Below, piece after piece: positions 10,784-21,257 of a stretch of DNA of 64,000 bases (the stretch's first letter is position 1; each line of letters opens with the position of its first letter). The DNA is from an uncultured cyanobacterium (GTDB lineage Bacteria; Cyanobacteriota; Cyanobacteriia; Cyanobacteriales; Nostocaceae): assembly GCA_963706595.1 (NCBI GenBank), contig OY970166.1:1376001-1440000 (forward strand), written 5' to 3'. The position numbers and the translations under genes are program-made. Under the pieces are notes generated by a model, which did not search any database, was not told the DNA's origin, and saw only the letters and a program-made list of their open reading frames with translations.

Positions 10784-11390
10784 ATGAAAAAAGTCATGAC
10801 TTGGCTAAAAAATATCCGTCCCGTTAGAATTTTAACAGTGTTTTTGGCAGCAACATTTTTGTTGATGACACAGGCGTGCAATCCAGGAATAGCGCAACAG
10901 CCACCACAACCAAATGCTCAACCACCTAATGTTGAGCGATATGATCCGACAAAAAGCTATGAACTTAACGCCCCAGAAGGGGGGATGAATAACTTTAGTG
11001 ATGTAGATCCTAGAGCCAAAGCAGTCTGAAAGAGCCGCAAATGCTAGAGCTAAAGAACTAGCAAAAAATGCGCGGAGAAACGTTGAGCAGAAGGGTATTG
11101 ACAGTTCAGAGCAATATATCCGCAATTATCAAGAAGGTACACCCTTGGATGAACGAGTCAAGCGCCTGGGTGAGGATGTTGGTAGTTCTGCTGAGGAATT
11201 AGGTGAAGGTTTCACTAAGGGAACTCAGCGCGGAGTGGAAAATCTCCAGAAAAATACTGGACGCGCTGCTGAGAACTTGAGTAAAAGTGTCAAACGCGGT
11301 GCGGAGGATACTACAACTAATCTTCAACGCCAAGCTGAGGATACAGCTGACGCAGTGAAAAGAAGCATGAGAGCAGTTGATTTAAATTAG
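10784..11390 (+). pseudogene. Frameshifted lipoprotein with LEA-like C-terminus (ORFs 10784-11029 and 11145-11390 are one gene)
   Basis: Lipobox TQAC, GGMNNFSDVDPR; one extra base in gcagtctgaa (~11025); the +1 frame ERAANARAKELAKNARRNVEQ... is open into the 11145 ORF. Confidence 0.75.
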
Positions 11391-11447
11391 TTTGAAGTTA
11401 AAGAACCCTGGTTTATGCAATAAATCGGGGTTCTCTCAATATACAAA

Positions 11448-11525
11448 GTTGGGTTGAGGCTTTGCAAAACCCAACGCCAAAAAACCTCAATTTGGTTGGG
11501 TTTCATTGCATTCAACCCAACCTAC
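11448..11525. repeat. REP-like paired palindromes (GTTGGGTT...AACCCAAC)
   Basis: gttgggttgagg...aacccaac and ggttgggtttcattgcattcaacccaacctac between convergent genes. Confidence 0.6.
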
Positions 11526-11559
11526 GAATATTTTATGTTTTCAAAGTCATGGAAGAGCG

Positions 11560-12834
11560 CTAATGACTTTTCGTAGCGGATTGATTTTGTAGATACCAAG
11601 TTTGTAATGCCAATCTTTGAATTTCACGCCAGGGAATATTGTGGTTGCGAGCTAACTCTGCACAGTCTTCATATTCTGGCTGGATGTTAATAATAGATTT
11701 ATCTTTTTCTTGTCCGTTCCATGCAACTTTAACGCGAACTTGGCCATATTCAATTTCTACTGATTGAATTTCCCGTTGTAAGATGGCGCGCTGTTGGGTA
11801 CTCCGGCGAATTCCTAAAGTTGTGGTTTCGCGAAATAAAACTGCTTCACAAGCCTGTAAATTCTCCTGATGACAGATTACGGTTAATAAAATTCCGGGAC
11901 GGGACTTTTTCATTCCTATGGGCTGGGTGAAGACATCCACTGCACCAACAGCAAATAAGGCTTCAAAAACATAGCCAATAGCCTGGGGATTTAAGTCATC
12001 AATTTGGGTTTCAAGTACGGTGATGGTTTCTAAATTTGGACTGGTATCTTCAGAATTATTAGCGCGATCGCCCAGCCAAAGACGTAATATATTAGAAATA
12101 GGTAAATTGATCGTTCCGGCTCCTAGTCCCACCTGTTTAATAGCCATTGGTGGTGGTGAACCAAATTCTGTAGCTAGGGTAGTAGCGATCGCCGCCCCTG
12201 TTGGTGTCACGAGTTCCCGATCAATGCCATTACTAAAAACCGGACAACCCCGCATTTCCCACAACTTCAATACTGCTGGTACTGGTACAGCCATCTCACC
12301 GTGGGCGGCTCGCACTGTTCCCCCACCTGTCGGCAACGCTGAACAGTATAGTAAAGGTAATCCCTCATGATTACTGCAAATCCCTAACCAATCCAACCCC
12401 AAACACGTACCCACAATATCAACAATGGCATCAACAGCGCCCACTTCATGAAAATGAACCTTTTCTGGCGCAATGCCATGTACTGCCCCTTCTGCCACGG
12501 CTAGCTGTCGAAATACTGCCAAACTCCAAGCTTCTGCCCGTGATGGCAATTGAGCTTTGAGGATCATTTTTTCTATTTCTGGCAGGTGGCGACCGTGATG
12601 GTGATCATGTTTGTGGTCGTGGTGGTGATGGTGGACTAAATCTACATGAACTTTCGTCGCCTCCTGACCATTACGTTGCACAAGTTCGACTCTGAGCTGA
12701 TACTCCTGAGCAATTCCCAATTGATTGAGTTTTTCACTTAAATATTCCACCGGAACACCCAGACTGACTAATGCTCCTAGACACATATCACCAGAAATTC
12801 CCGTTGGACATTGAAGATAAGCAACTTTAATCAT
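11560..12834 (-). CDS. larC: Nickel pincer cofactor biosynthesis protein LarC
   Basis: GISGDM.LGAL, His-rich tract, VHFHEVGA.D, TPTGAA, MKKSRPG, PEYEDC. Confidence 0.93.
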   Translation of the reverse strand: MIKVAYLQCPTGISGDMCLGALVSLGVPVEYLSEKLNQLGIAQEYQLRVELVQRNGQEATKVHVDLVHHHHHDHKHDHHHGRHLPEIEKMILKAQLPSRAEAWSLAVFRQLAVAEGAVHGIAPEKVHFHEVGAVDAIVDIVGTCLGLDWLGICSNHEGLPLLYCSALPTGGGTVRAAHGEMAVPVPAVLKLWEMRGCPVFSNGIDRELVTPTGAAIATTLATEFGSPPPMAIKQVGLGAGTINLPISNILRLWLGDRANNSEDTSPNLETITVLETQIDDLNPQAIGYVFEALFAVGAVDVFTQPIGMKKSRPGILLTVICHQENLQACEAVLFRETTTLGIRRSTQQRAILQREIQSVEIEYGQVRVKVAWNGQEKDKSIINIQPEYEDCAELARNHNIPWREIQRLALQTWYLQNQSATKSH

Positions 12835-12998
12835 ATAAATAACTTAATCAACTTTATTTTGAGACTTTGCACAATTATTTTGATGTAAATGATTGCGTAT
12901 TTGTGGCAGATGCTCATCTATCCGTGAAAATATGTGTAACACAGAATTTGATCTTTTCCCTGGAATCACAGTTGCCCACCTCTTATTTAGAACTTGCT

Positions 12999-13649
12999 AT
13001 GGCAAAAATTTTCGCTGTCCATCCTGATAATCCCCAAAGCCGTCGTATAGAGGAAATAAAGTCAGCGCTCTTCAGTGGCGCGGTTATGCTCTACCCTACA
13101 GACACAGTTTATGCTATTGGTTGTGATTTAAATGCCAAGTCGGCAGTAGAACGAGTGCGGCAAATTAAACAGCTAGCTAATGATAAACCACTGACATTTT
13201 TGTGTCCCTCCTTATCCAATGTGGCAACTTATGCCTTTGTCAGTGATACAGCTTATAGAATTATGAAGCGCTTGATACCAGGGACTTACACGTTTTTACT
13301 GCCTGCTACAAAGTTAGTGCCGCGACTAGTACAAAGTCCCAAGCGAAAAACTACTGGGATTCGTGTACCAGACCATCCGGTATGCTTGGCATTACTAGCA
13401 GCGCTGGAAAATCCGATTATTTCTACTTCGGCACATCTACCACCAGATGATGAACCAGTAGAGCTAGATTTAGAACCTAGACTATCACGGGTGGAGTTGT
13501 TTGACCGTTGGGATAAATTAGTAGATGTAATTATAGACACTGGCGAGGAACCAACTTATGAGGTGTCTACGATTTTGGACTTGACGGGAGACGAACCAAT
13601 GATCACAAGGCAGGGTTTAGGTTGGGAAGAAGCAGCAGTTTGGGTATAA
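12999..13649 (+). CDS. Sua5/YciO/YrdC family (threonylcarbamoyl-AMP synthase-like) protein
   Basis: YPTDTVYAIGC, GIRVPD, ISTSA, STILDL; start at MAKIF. Confidence 0.9.
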   Translation: MAKIFAVHPDNPQSRRIEEIKSALFSGAVMLYPTDTVYAIGCDLNAKSAVERVRQIKQLANDKPLTFLCPSLSNVATYAFVSDTAYRIMKRLIPGTYTFLLPATKLVPRLVQSPKRKTTGIRVPDHPVCLALLAALENPIISTSAHLPPDDEPVELDLEPRLSRVELFDRWDKLVDVIIDTGEEPTYEVSTILDLTGDEPMITRQGLGWEEAAVWV

Positions 13650-14010
13650 CAAACGTCACAGGCAGATCCTTCAGTTTCGGAGAAATGTGATAAAAGGCTC
13701 CAGTTTTGAGATCGTCATATTTACAATATCTGGCAGTGGGTAGAACAGAATGGCGATAAATGTGGATATAACAAGTCTTTTAACCACTTTTAAGGCGTGG
13801 CAGATATCTATGTGTCATACTCAATGTGGTTGCTTGTACAAAAAGCGACACACTACTTTTACTGTAACTTTTTAACTTGCTTACAGTCTTATATATGAGC
13901 AGTGCTGGCGGTGGGTTTTGAGAATGCTAAATACTTCTCCAGCCAAGGCTGGCCTCATTTGCTGTATCTGCGTTGTAGTTACGGTGCAATACCACACTCA
14001 AAGAAAAGTC

Positions 14011-15231
14011 ATGAAAGCCAACCTTGCAAATCTACTAACTTCCAAATCCGCTTTTTTCTGCGATGTTTCGCCGTCAGAATTGCTAGCAGACAGTCACAAT
14101 AACTTGAGACAACTGCTATATCAAGAAATGCGATCGCAAGTCAAGGCGACATCTGAGTGTGTACAAGCTGTATCACAGCGTATAGCTACAGAAGTTAAAA
14201 GAATATGTGATAAAAGCTCCCGCATTCAACAATCTGGGGAAATCGAGTCCTGGCAAGTTAATTTAGCCAAGCATCGCCTGCAAAAGTGCCTGCATTACTA
14301 CCAATTGGGTTCCAGACGGGGAAGAGTGGAATTACATAGTACTTTAGGTGCTATGGTTTATCGCCATGTCACCATTGCTGGTTCGGAGTTGGGGTTTAAT
14401 GCTCGTTACAGTCTGATTGAGGATTTTCTGCAAGCGTTTTACATCGAAGCTATCAAAGCTTTTCGGCGGGAAAACGAACTACCATTAGATTATCAGCCCC
14501 GGACTCAGTTGCAATTGGCAGAATATATTGCGTTTACAGAGCAATATGCCAAACGCCGGATTAATTTACCTGGGGGCAATAATCAGCAATTGGTTATTCT
14601 CCGCGCCCAAGGTTTTGCGCGTCGTCAGCCCCAGGAAACGACTGTAGATATTGAAATGGCGGTGGAAACTGCTAAGAGTGAAGAGGCAGAATCTTACCAG
14701 CGTAACTCGGCGGTGCAACAAATTCGGTCACAGATGGTTGCCCAAACTAACTTCGATCCTTCCGAGGAGTCGGAACGCGATCGCGTGATTGCGGAATTGG
14801 CTAAATACTTGGAATCTCAAGGACAATCTGACTGTGTGGACTACCTGACTCTGAAATTACAAGACCTCTCAGCCCCAGAAATTGACCAAATTCTCGGTTT
14901 AACTAGCCGTCAGCGCGATTATCTGCAACAGCGTTTTAAATACCATGTCGAAAAATTTGCCAAAAATCACCACTGGCAATTAGTTCATCAATGGTTAGGT
15001 GCGGGTTTAGAGCAAAAATTAGGTTTAACTTCTGCACAATGGGAAACCTTTGTGAGTGTATTATCTCCTGAGCAGCAAGAAATTTTGCAGTTGAAAGTTA
15101 GCCGACAGAGTGATCAGGCGATCGCCAAAACTATAAAATGCACACCCAAACAACTCCAAAAGCGCTGGACTCAAATGCTAGAACTAGCATGGGATATCCG
15201 TAATGGTGAGCATGATATTCAAGCTAGTTAA
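14011..15231 (+). CDS. HetZ-related protein
   Basis: YYQLGS..GRVELHSTL, LIEDFLQ.FY, QRDYLQQRFKYH, C-terminal HTH; no patU genes downstream, so a paralog rather than hetZ itself. Confidence 0.8.
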   Translation: MKANLANLLTSKSAFFCDVSPSELLADSHNNLRQLLYQEMRSQVKATSECVQAVSQRIATEVKRICDKSSRIQQSGEIESWQVNLAKHRLQKCLHYYQLGSRRGRVELHSTLGAMVYRHVTIAGSELGFNARYSLIEDFLQAFYIEAIKAFRRENELPLDYQPRTQLQLAEYIAFTEQYAKRRINLPGGNNQQLVILRAQGFARRQPQETTVDIEMAVETAKSEEAESYQRNSAVQQIRSQMVAQTNFDPSEESERDRVIAELAKYLESQGQSDCVDYLTLKLQDLSAPEIDQILGLTSRQRDYLQQRFKYHVEKFAKNHHWQLVHQWLGAGLEQKLGLTSAQWETFVSVLSPEQQEILQLKVSRQSDQAIAKTIKCTPKQLQKRWTQMLELAWDIRNGEHDIQAS

Positions 15232-15377
15232 ATCTGAATTTACCCCAGCTTAACTCCTGTGATTACAGATACCGACTACCAAAAATTCCCTCTACTACTT
15301 TTCCTGATTTAGGATAATTAGAGGCAAATGTGGGAAAATTAACAGGAGTTTACCTTATTTATAATTTCTCAACACTT

Positions 15378-15427
15378 TTGACACTCCTCGCGATCAATCG
15401 ACGGGGAAGTTTAAACCCAATTTTTCG
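15378..15427 (-). mobile_element. 50-bp IS200/IS605 scar (fused left and right ends)
   Basis: Minus strand: TTAC|CGAAAAATTGGGTTTAAACTTCCCCGTCGATTGATCGCGAGGAGTGTCAA; a left-end start joined through one hairpin to a TCAA right end. Confidence 0.6.
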
Positions 15428-15592
15428 GTAAAACAGTGATTTTTGTAGTACAAAAATACCATGATTCGGGGTTTTTGTTGATTAATTTAGTCTGACATAA
15501 CCAAAATTTAAAATTTATATAATTTTAGTATTTACTCTTGCTTCCTGGGAATCCTAAAATCAGGAAACCTTGTGAAATGAAACAGGATAAAT

Positions 15593-16075
15593 ATGAGTCA
15601 AGGCGGAAGAGCAGTTACATCTGGTAATGTCTTAGAAAACTCTGTAGAAGGTGCTTTACTGGGACATAGATATGTTCAAGTGGGCTGTGATTTACCCAGA
15701 AAACAGCGCCTTCAATGTCTTTTAAGCTCGCATGATCTACCCAAAAGATATGCAAAACAGGTTTTTATTGGACAAGGAATTTATGGTAGCGATATATATG
15801 TAGACTTTTATATTATTGGTGCAGCGCCAATTTCTTCTGGACTGATTATTGAATGTAAATGGCAGCAAAGTAGTGGTTCAGTGGATGAAAAACTGCCCTA
15901 TCTGAATTTGAATATTCAAAATTGCTATCCCACACAAGCCCTAGTATTAATCGACGGTGGAGGCATGAAAACACAAGCCATCTCATGGTTAGAAACACAA
16001 GTTATCTCTAACCAAAACTTATTTGCAGTTTATGACTTAAGGACATTTTTTATCTGGTCTAATAATCAGCTTTAA
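15593..16075 (+). CDS. PD-(D/E)XK nuclease superfamily protein
   Basis: VDF...IIECKWQQSSGSVDEK catalytic-like motif; N-terminal SG..LE helix. Confidence 0.75.
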   Translation: MSQGGRAVTSGNVLENSVEGALLGHRYVQVGCDLPRKQRLQCLLSSHDLPKRYAKQVFIGQGIYGSDIYVDFYIIGAAPISSGLIIECKWQQSSGSVDEKLPYLNLNIQNCYPTQALVLIDGGGMKTQAISWLETQVISNQNLFAVYDLRTFFIWSNNQL

Positions 16076-16149
16076 TTGTCACCAATAAACAAACCTATTG
16101 ATAACTGTTAAGTAGGGCAACCTAATTAAACATAAAATGTTGACGATAT

Positions 16150-16182
16150 AGATCTCCGACTTCTTTGAGAAGTCGGGGATCT
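16150..16182. repeat. 33-bp dispersed palindrome (AGATCCCCGACTTCT-N3-AGAAGTCGGGGATCT family), copy 1
   Basis: Further copies at 20167, 27639 and 42222. Confidence 0.8.
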
Positions 16183-16193
16183 GGATACTATTG

Positions 16194-16242
16194 ATAACTG
16201 ATAACTGATAACTGATAACTGATAACTGTTAACTGTTAACTG
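16194..16242. repeat. STRR heptamer (ATAACTG) x7
   Basis: Five perfect and two TTAACTG copies. Confidence 0.85.
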
Positions 16243-16244
16243 AT

Positions 16245-17072
16245 TTAATAGGAAGTAACTAATACCTCAGTGATTTTGCCTCGCTTTTTGGCATTAGAAT
16301 TAATAGACCTTGCGGCTGATATTGTGTGAATAGGAAACTTGCTATAAAGTTCACGAATAAAAGTACAATCTGAATTAGACAGCATAACTTTGACTCCACG
16401 CTGGGCTAATTTTGCAAATATATCCCTGAGTTCAATTTGTTGATTTTCAGCAAAGCAATAGCGGCTATAAGCTGTAAAATAGCTGGTTTCACTGAGAGGA
16501 TAGTATGGTGGATCAAAATAAACAAAATCATCACTGCTAGTCGCATGATTTAAAACATCTGTAAAATCAGCTTGTTCAATCTGCGATTTCACAAGTCCGG
16601 CTGAGGCGACTCTGAGAATATCTTCAGGACAAATATTAGGATTTTTGTATCTCCCCAAAGGCACATTGAATTTACCTTGTGAATTAACTCGATAAAGTCC
16701 ATTAAAACAAGTTTTATTCAGATAAATAAACCTCGCTGCTTTTTCTAAAGCACTACCTTCAGGATAGGCTCTCACATCATAGTAATACTCTTTGTTATGC
16801 CGCTTTTGATGTACTTGCAGCAATCCAATTAATTCCTCAACATCATCCCTAACACAGCGATAAGTAGTAATTAATTCGGCATTAATATCAGTTAATCTAG
16901 CAAATTGGGGATGGAGATGGAAAAAAATAGCTCCACCACCTAAAAATGGCTCATAGTAAGTTTTATATTGCTTGGGAAAATAAGGAAGGTATTGTGATAT
17001 TAACCGACTTTTCCCCCCAGCCCACTTTAAAAAGGGACGCGGGCAAGTTTCTTTGGGGATTTGACTTACCAT
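16245..17072 (-). CDS. dam: Dam-family DNA adenine methyltransferase (GATC, DmtA-like)
   Basis: LKWAGGKS, YEPFLGGG, FNGLYRVN..G.FNVP.G, DPPY. Confidence 0.93.
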   Translation of the reverse strand: MVSQIPKETCPRPFLKWAGGKSRLISQYLPYFPKQYKTYYEPFLGGGAIFFHLHPQFARLTDINAELITTYRCVRDDVEELIGLLQVHQKRHNKEYYYDVRAYPEGSALEKAARFIYLNKTCFNGLYRVNSQGKFNVPLGRYKNPNICPEDILRVASAGLVKSQIEQADFTDVLNHATSSDDFVYFDPPYYPLSETSYFTAYSRYCFAENQQIELRDIFAKLAQRGVKVMLSNSDCTFIRELYSKFPIHTISAARSINSNAKKRGKITEVLVTSY

Positions 17073-17248
17073 TTATTTACAGTTGAACTAAAACTCAGCT
17101 ACTCAATATAACAAATATCGCTGCCGAAGCATATTTTAATGCGGCCGATGTCTATTTTAGATGAATTTAGTAATTTTTTGGCTGCATAGATTACAATCGT
17201 ATAGAAGAAAAACAAATGTAATTGTATAACAAGGCAGTCTATATTCAA

Positions 17249-17455
17249 ATGTTTGACGGATTTTGGGATAACGTCTTTCGCTACCCCCGGTACTTCATTA
17301 CTATCCTCTTAGGGGTGTTTGTTAACTCGCTTGAGCCATTAATGCCACTGCTAAAACGTCCTGTCACCATGATTGCTCTCGTCGGTTTCTTTGTGGGTAT
17401 CCTAGTATTCATGAGTCTTACCGTCCGGGCGATGCTTGGTTTTAGTGCAGTCTAA
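17249..17455 (+). CDS. DUF751 family protein
   Basis: FW.NV.RYPRYFI...RAMLG; upstream of rbfA. Confidence 0.85.
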   Translation: MFDGFWDNVFRYPRYFITILLGVFVNSLEPLMPLLKRPVTMIALVGFFVGILVFMSLTVRAMLGFSAV

Positions 17456-17564
17456 GCTCAAAGTGTCCGGGTATTGACCTCTACCTCTAGGCAGCAGCTA
17501 TGGGCGTGTTGCCCAATTTATATATAATTTACGTCGTACAACCTCTGTGAGGAGGCAAAAATTT

Positions 17565-17972
17565 ATGGCTACTAATCGCCGCATTTCCCGCGTTGCTGAG
17601 TTGATTAAACGGGAAGTTAGCCAAATGCTACTCCACGGGATTAAGGATGATCGTGTGGGTACTGGAATGGTTAGTGTTACCTATGTAGATGTTTCTGGTG
17701 ATCTCCAACACGCCAAAGTCTACGTCAGTATTTATGGTACAGAATTAGCCAAGTCAGAAACAATGGCAGGCTTAAAGTCAGCTACGGGTTATGTCCGAAG
17801 CGAACTTGGTTCACGAGTGAGGCTGCGTCGCACCCCAGAAGTGATTTTTATCGAAGATGATTCCATAGAAGAGGGTAATAAGGTGCTGTCACTCTTAAAC
17901 AAACTCGAAGTTGAGCGATCGCCTGACAGTTTGACAATGGCAGAGAATACCACCGATGAGTTGTCAGAATAA
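17565..17972 (+). CDS. rbfA: 30S ribosome-binding factor A
   Basis: [32 protein letters not shown]. Confidence 0.96.
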   Translation: MATNRRISRVAELIKREVSQMLLHGIKDDRVGTGMVSVTYVDVSGDLQHAKVYVSIYGTELAKSETMAGLKSATGYVRSELGSRVRLRRTPEVIFIEDDSIEEGNKVLSLLNKLEVERSPDSLTMAENTTDELSE

Positions 17973-19017
17973 GTAACTCACAATGTCACCTTAGAACAAT
18001 TTACCCTTAGTGAATTCGCTAAGGAGTTTACAGACGGGATTGTATCACGTCTGTTTTAATCTGACTATAACGAATTGTAAAGAGTTGGTAGTGGCAAAAG
18101 AGTAGCAGGACATTTCTTTCTTGAGGAAAAGGAACGAAATCAACACCCCCGCTAACAGCCGCTAATACGTCCCAGCGCACCTTTGCGCCGCGTCTCATAG
18201 CAAAGCGTTTCGACTCGTAAGTTAGGAGTTCACAACAAAATCAAATATTTCATGGCTGAATAAATTTATGACTCGCACCAATGATGATTGCCACAAAAAT
18301 CTTTCATGATCTCGGCGATTATTTACGTAACCTTTAGTTGCAAATAAGTAGACTAGTGCTTCTTGTGATCATCTCACATTAATTATGACTCAAATTGTCA
18401 CTGCCTTGACCTAAATACTGTTAACCTGACTATAAAGGCCAAGAGTCATATTTTATGACAAGTGTTTACCGAAACAAACCAGTTATCTTCAGTGCTGCAA
18501 TTTACCAGAAAACTCATCTGTTTTTTTCAGGAATTATTCACAAATGTCATATTATGAAGTTTTTCTGGTATGATCTCTCCTCATATTTGGCGATAGTTGA
18601 TGGCGATTTTTCCACAGAACATGAGCCATAACCAAATCCCAACATATCTCAGCCAGGCTTCTAGGTGATTTTTGTATACAATAGCAGCCCACTATATGAT
18701 ATAATTCCGCCGACACAAAGATGCACAAAATGAACAGTAGTAGGAACTTGAGATATATTGAAGATAAATCAACTTATCTTGCCAGCAAGTTAAGTTGATG
18801 ACGCGAAGATCACAAAATTCAGTACATTTTTCAGAAGAGTCAGGATTTGTTGACATTCTTAACATTTCTTTAGATAATTTGAAGGTGTATAGCGTCAAAA
18901 TAAAATGAGTTCCGTATAGCAAACTACAAAACCCTAGCCACAAGTGTAATCGTTGTCATGTTTGTTCCCAGCATTTAATGGGAAGACTATCTACTTGTAA
19001 ACTTTGTGAGTAAAACC

Positions 19018-19263
19018 ATGAGTGTGAATACGGTGCCTTCTATCAATTACTACTCTTACTATTCTTTGGATGTAATCCAAGATGAAGCACGCCATCTGGT
19101 GGAAAGGGGAATGGTAAGTCGGCAACAGCCAATATATACTCTGTGCCAATACATCCCAGCCAGAGAGTGGGTTTGTGTGGAGTGTGAGTTAGAAAAATGT
19201 GACTTTTTACTCCGCGATCGCATTGGCGATTTGATTGGTCGGGAACAATGGGAAAATGACTAA
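19018..19263 (+). CDS. DUF4327 family protein
   Basis: YSLDVIQDEAR.LV..G...RQQPIY.LC.YIPAREW...D.IGDL...E.W..D. Confidence 0.85.
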   Translation: MSVNTVPSINYYSYYSLDVIQDEARHLVERGMVSRQQPIYTLCQYIPAREWVCVECELEKCDFLLRDRIGDLIGREQWEND

Positions 19264-19518
19264 TTAGGATGTGATTCAGATTTTGGATTGGGAGTTTATT
19301 TTGGATGTCTATAATTTGACAGCAAGCAACTAAATGCTTGATTCGAGGGCTAATCTCTAGTTTTGATATATATTTCCCCATCCAGAATCTTAGTTTTTCC
19401 GTTAACGCAGAAGCTTTAGAATCTGAACTTATAGAATTTTTCAAGTTACGAATGCGTTGAGGCAAGTATTTGTCTAGACTCGTAGTCATAACTTGAGTAA
19501 CTGAATATAGAGTTGCTG

Positions 19519-19552
19519 ATCGGGGTAGTTTAACATATTAAACTACCCCGAT
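19519..19552. terminator. Perfect 15-bp hairpin, likely terminator
   Basis: ATCGGGGTAGTTTAA-cata-TTAAACTACCCCGAT just past the stop of 19560-19913. Confidence 0.7.
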
Positions 19553-19559
19553 AATTTTT

Positions 19560-19913
19560 TTATCCTACTTGTTCTAAGTATTGGTTAACGTCTTCAATAA
19601 TTCGCGTCAGTTCAGCTTCTGTGGTTAAGCGAATATTGAGATCGCGAACAGTCAGCAGGACTTTAGCAGCAAAGGGAGTAGGCCAAATATTAGGATTACA
19701 AAAAACTTCTAAAAATACATCACCAGTGTAGCGATACTCCACGGGAGGCTGAGGAGTCACTTTACCGCCGCCGGGAGTGGGTTTAGCGGCGACAACTTTC
19801 AAGCGTTCCATTAATTGATCTGTTGCTGCTTTTAATTCCTGTGCTGCTTGGGGTGAAAAACTGAAGGAGACAGAACCTTCAATCAGATTCAGTGTCAGAG
19901 GAGTTGAAGACAT
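19560..19913 (-). CDS. Conserved cyanobacterial hypothetical protein
   Basis: EGSVSF.F, FLEVFCNPNIWPTPFAAKVL motif. Confidence 0.8.
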   Translation of the reverse strand: MSSTPLTLNLIEGSVSFSFSPQAAQELKAATDQLMERLKVVAAKPTPGGGKVTPQPPVEYRYTGDVFLEVFCNPNIWPTPFAAKVLLTVRDLNIRLTTEAELTRIIEDVNQYLEQVG

Positions 19914-20166
19914 GAGTTATTTATAAAAACTGATTGATAATTACCTATTTTACCGGAATAGGTGATCTGATATCTGACTACATCTGAGGCAGTAATTTAA
20001 TTGTGGTGTTTGGCGCGGAGTTTTTCCCAGCCATGCAGCAAATTTTAACATCGTGGTTGAAAAAAATTGCTCCCGAAAATTACTCCTATTAATGATAATA
20101 ATCGGCTGTTATTTAGTATAGCGATCGCTGACCTTTATAGCAATCCTCCATAAGTTAAGAACCGAA

Positions 20167-20199
20167 ATATCCCCGACTTCTTCAAGAAGTTGGAGATTT
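20167..20199. repeat. 33-bp dispersed palindrome, copy 2 (degenerate)
   Basis: atatccccgacttcttcaagaagttggagattt. Confidence 0.65.
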
Positions 20200-20369
20200 G
20201 AGCCTTTGGGTGTTTGCCGCAAATTTTAGTTATAAAAATTCTCACTAAAACCAGAAAAAATTAGAGGCTATAGAGAGATATAATCCTGACTGCGTAAGAC
20301 TTTGACACACTTAATCTGAGTTTTAACTTTTACATTAGAAGTCATACAAATAAATGTTAAATATACTCT

Positions 20370-21257
20370 ATGACTTACGATAACCGCTCCGAAGTACGCA
20401 AAGTTTTAATTATCACCCTATTGCTTAACCTGTTGGTGATTGGATTGAAAGGATTTTTGGGCTATATGACAGGTTCTTTAAGCTTGTTAGCTGATGCCTT
20501 GCATAGTGTGACCGATGGTGCAAACAATATTTTAGGATTAATCGCTAGTAAATATTCTGCCCCCCAACCAGATATGGAACATCCTTACGGACACCAGAAA
20601 TTTGAAGGTGTGGGGGCTTTAGGAATTGCGGCTTTTTTAGCCATAGCCTGTTGGCAAATTCTCCAAGGTGCTGTGGAGAGGATAATTCAGGGTAGTGAAC
20701 CTGTGAATATTTCCCCGGTGGAGTTGTGGTTATTGCTAATTGTGCTGGGTATCAATATTTTTGTGGCATTTTATGAACGTGGTGTAGGTAAGCGCGTCGG
20801 TAGCCCAATTTTGATTGCTGATGCTGCACATACCATGAGCGATGTTTGGGTGACTATAACTGTAATTGGGGGTTTGATTGGGGTTTGGCTAGGTTATCAA
20901 TGGCTGGATGTGGTGTTAGCTTTTCCTGTGGCTTTGTTAGTCTTTTGGACTGGTTTCTCAGTGCTAAAAACCAATTTACCTTGGCTGGTAGATCAAATGG
21001 CGATCGCACCAGAAAAAATTCATGCAATTGTGACTGCTGTTCCAGGAGTGATTAATTGTCATGACATCGCCTCACGGGGTGTTCTTGGTCGCCAAGTGTT
21101 CATGGAAATGCACTTAATCGTCGATGCACCAGATGTAGAAACTGCCCACCGCATTACCGAAGCAGTAGAAAGGCGACTAGAAGAACGTTTCAGTCCCGTG
21201 AGAATTTTAATTCATATCGAGCCACCAACATACCAATCTGAGCAAATTAGCTTTTAA
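20370..21257 (+). CDS. Cation diffusion facilitator family transporter
   Basis: SLSLLADALHS.TD, HPYGH.KFE, ADA.H..SD, C-terminal IHIEP. Confidence 0.93.
   Translation: MTYDNRSEVRKVLIITLLLNLLVIGLKGFLGYMTGSLSLLADALHSVTDGANNILGLIASKYSAPQPDMEHPYGHQKFEGVGALGIAAFLAIACWQILQGAVERIIQGSEPVNISPVELWLLLIVLGINIFVAFYERGVGKRVGSPILIADAAHTMSDVWVTITVIGGLIGVWLGYQWLDVVLAFPVALLVFWTGFSVLKTNLPWLVDQMAIAPEKIHAIVTAVPGVINCHDIASRGVLGRQVFMEMHLIVDAPDVETAHRITEAVERRLEERFSPVRILIHIEPPTYQSEQISF

Noticed and set aside
14011..15231. Calling this gene hetZ
   Set aside because: No patU5/patU3 downstream; treated as a HetZ-related paralog
18084..18102. GSG-encoding stretch resembling patS
   Set aside because: Reads VGSGKR, not RGSGR
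19043..19489. 148-aa minus-strand ORF
   Set aside because: Overlaps the DUF4327 gene antisense and has no recognisable motif; its 5' part could be a remnant but this cannot be supported
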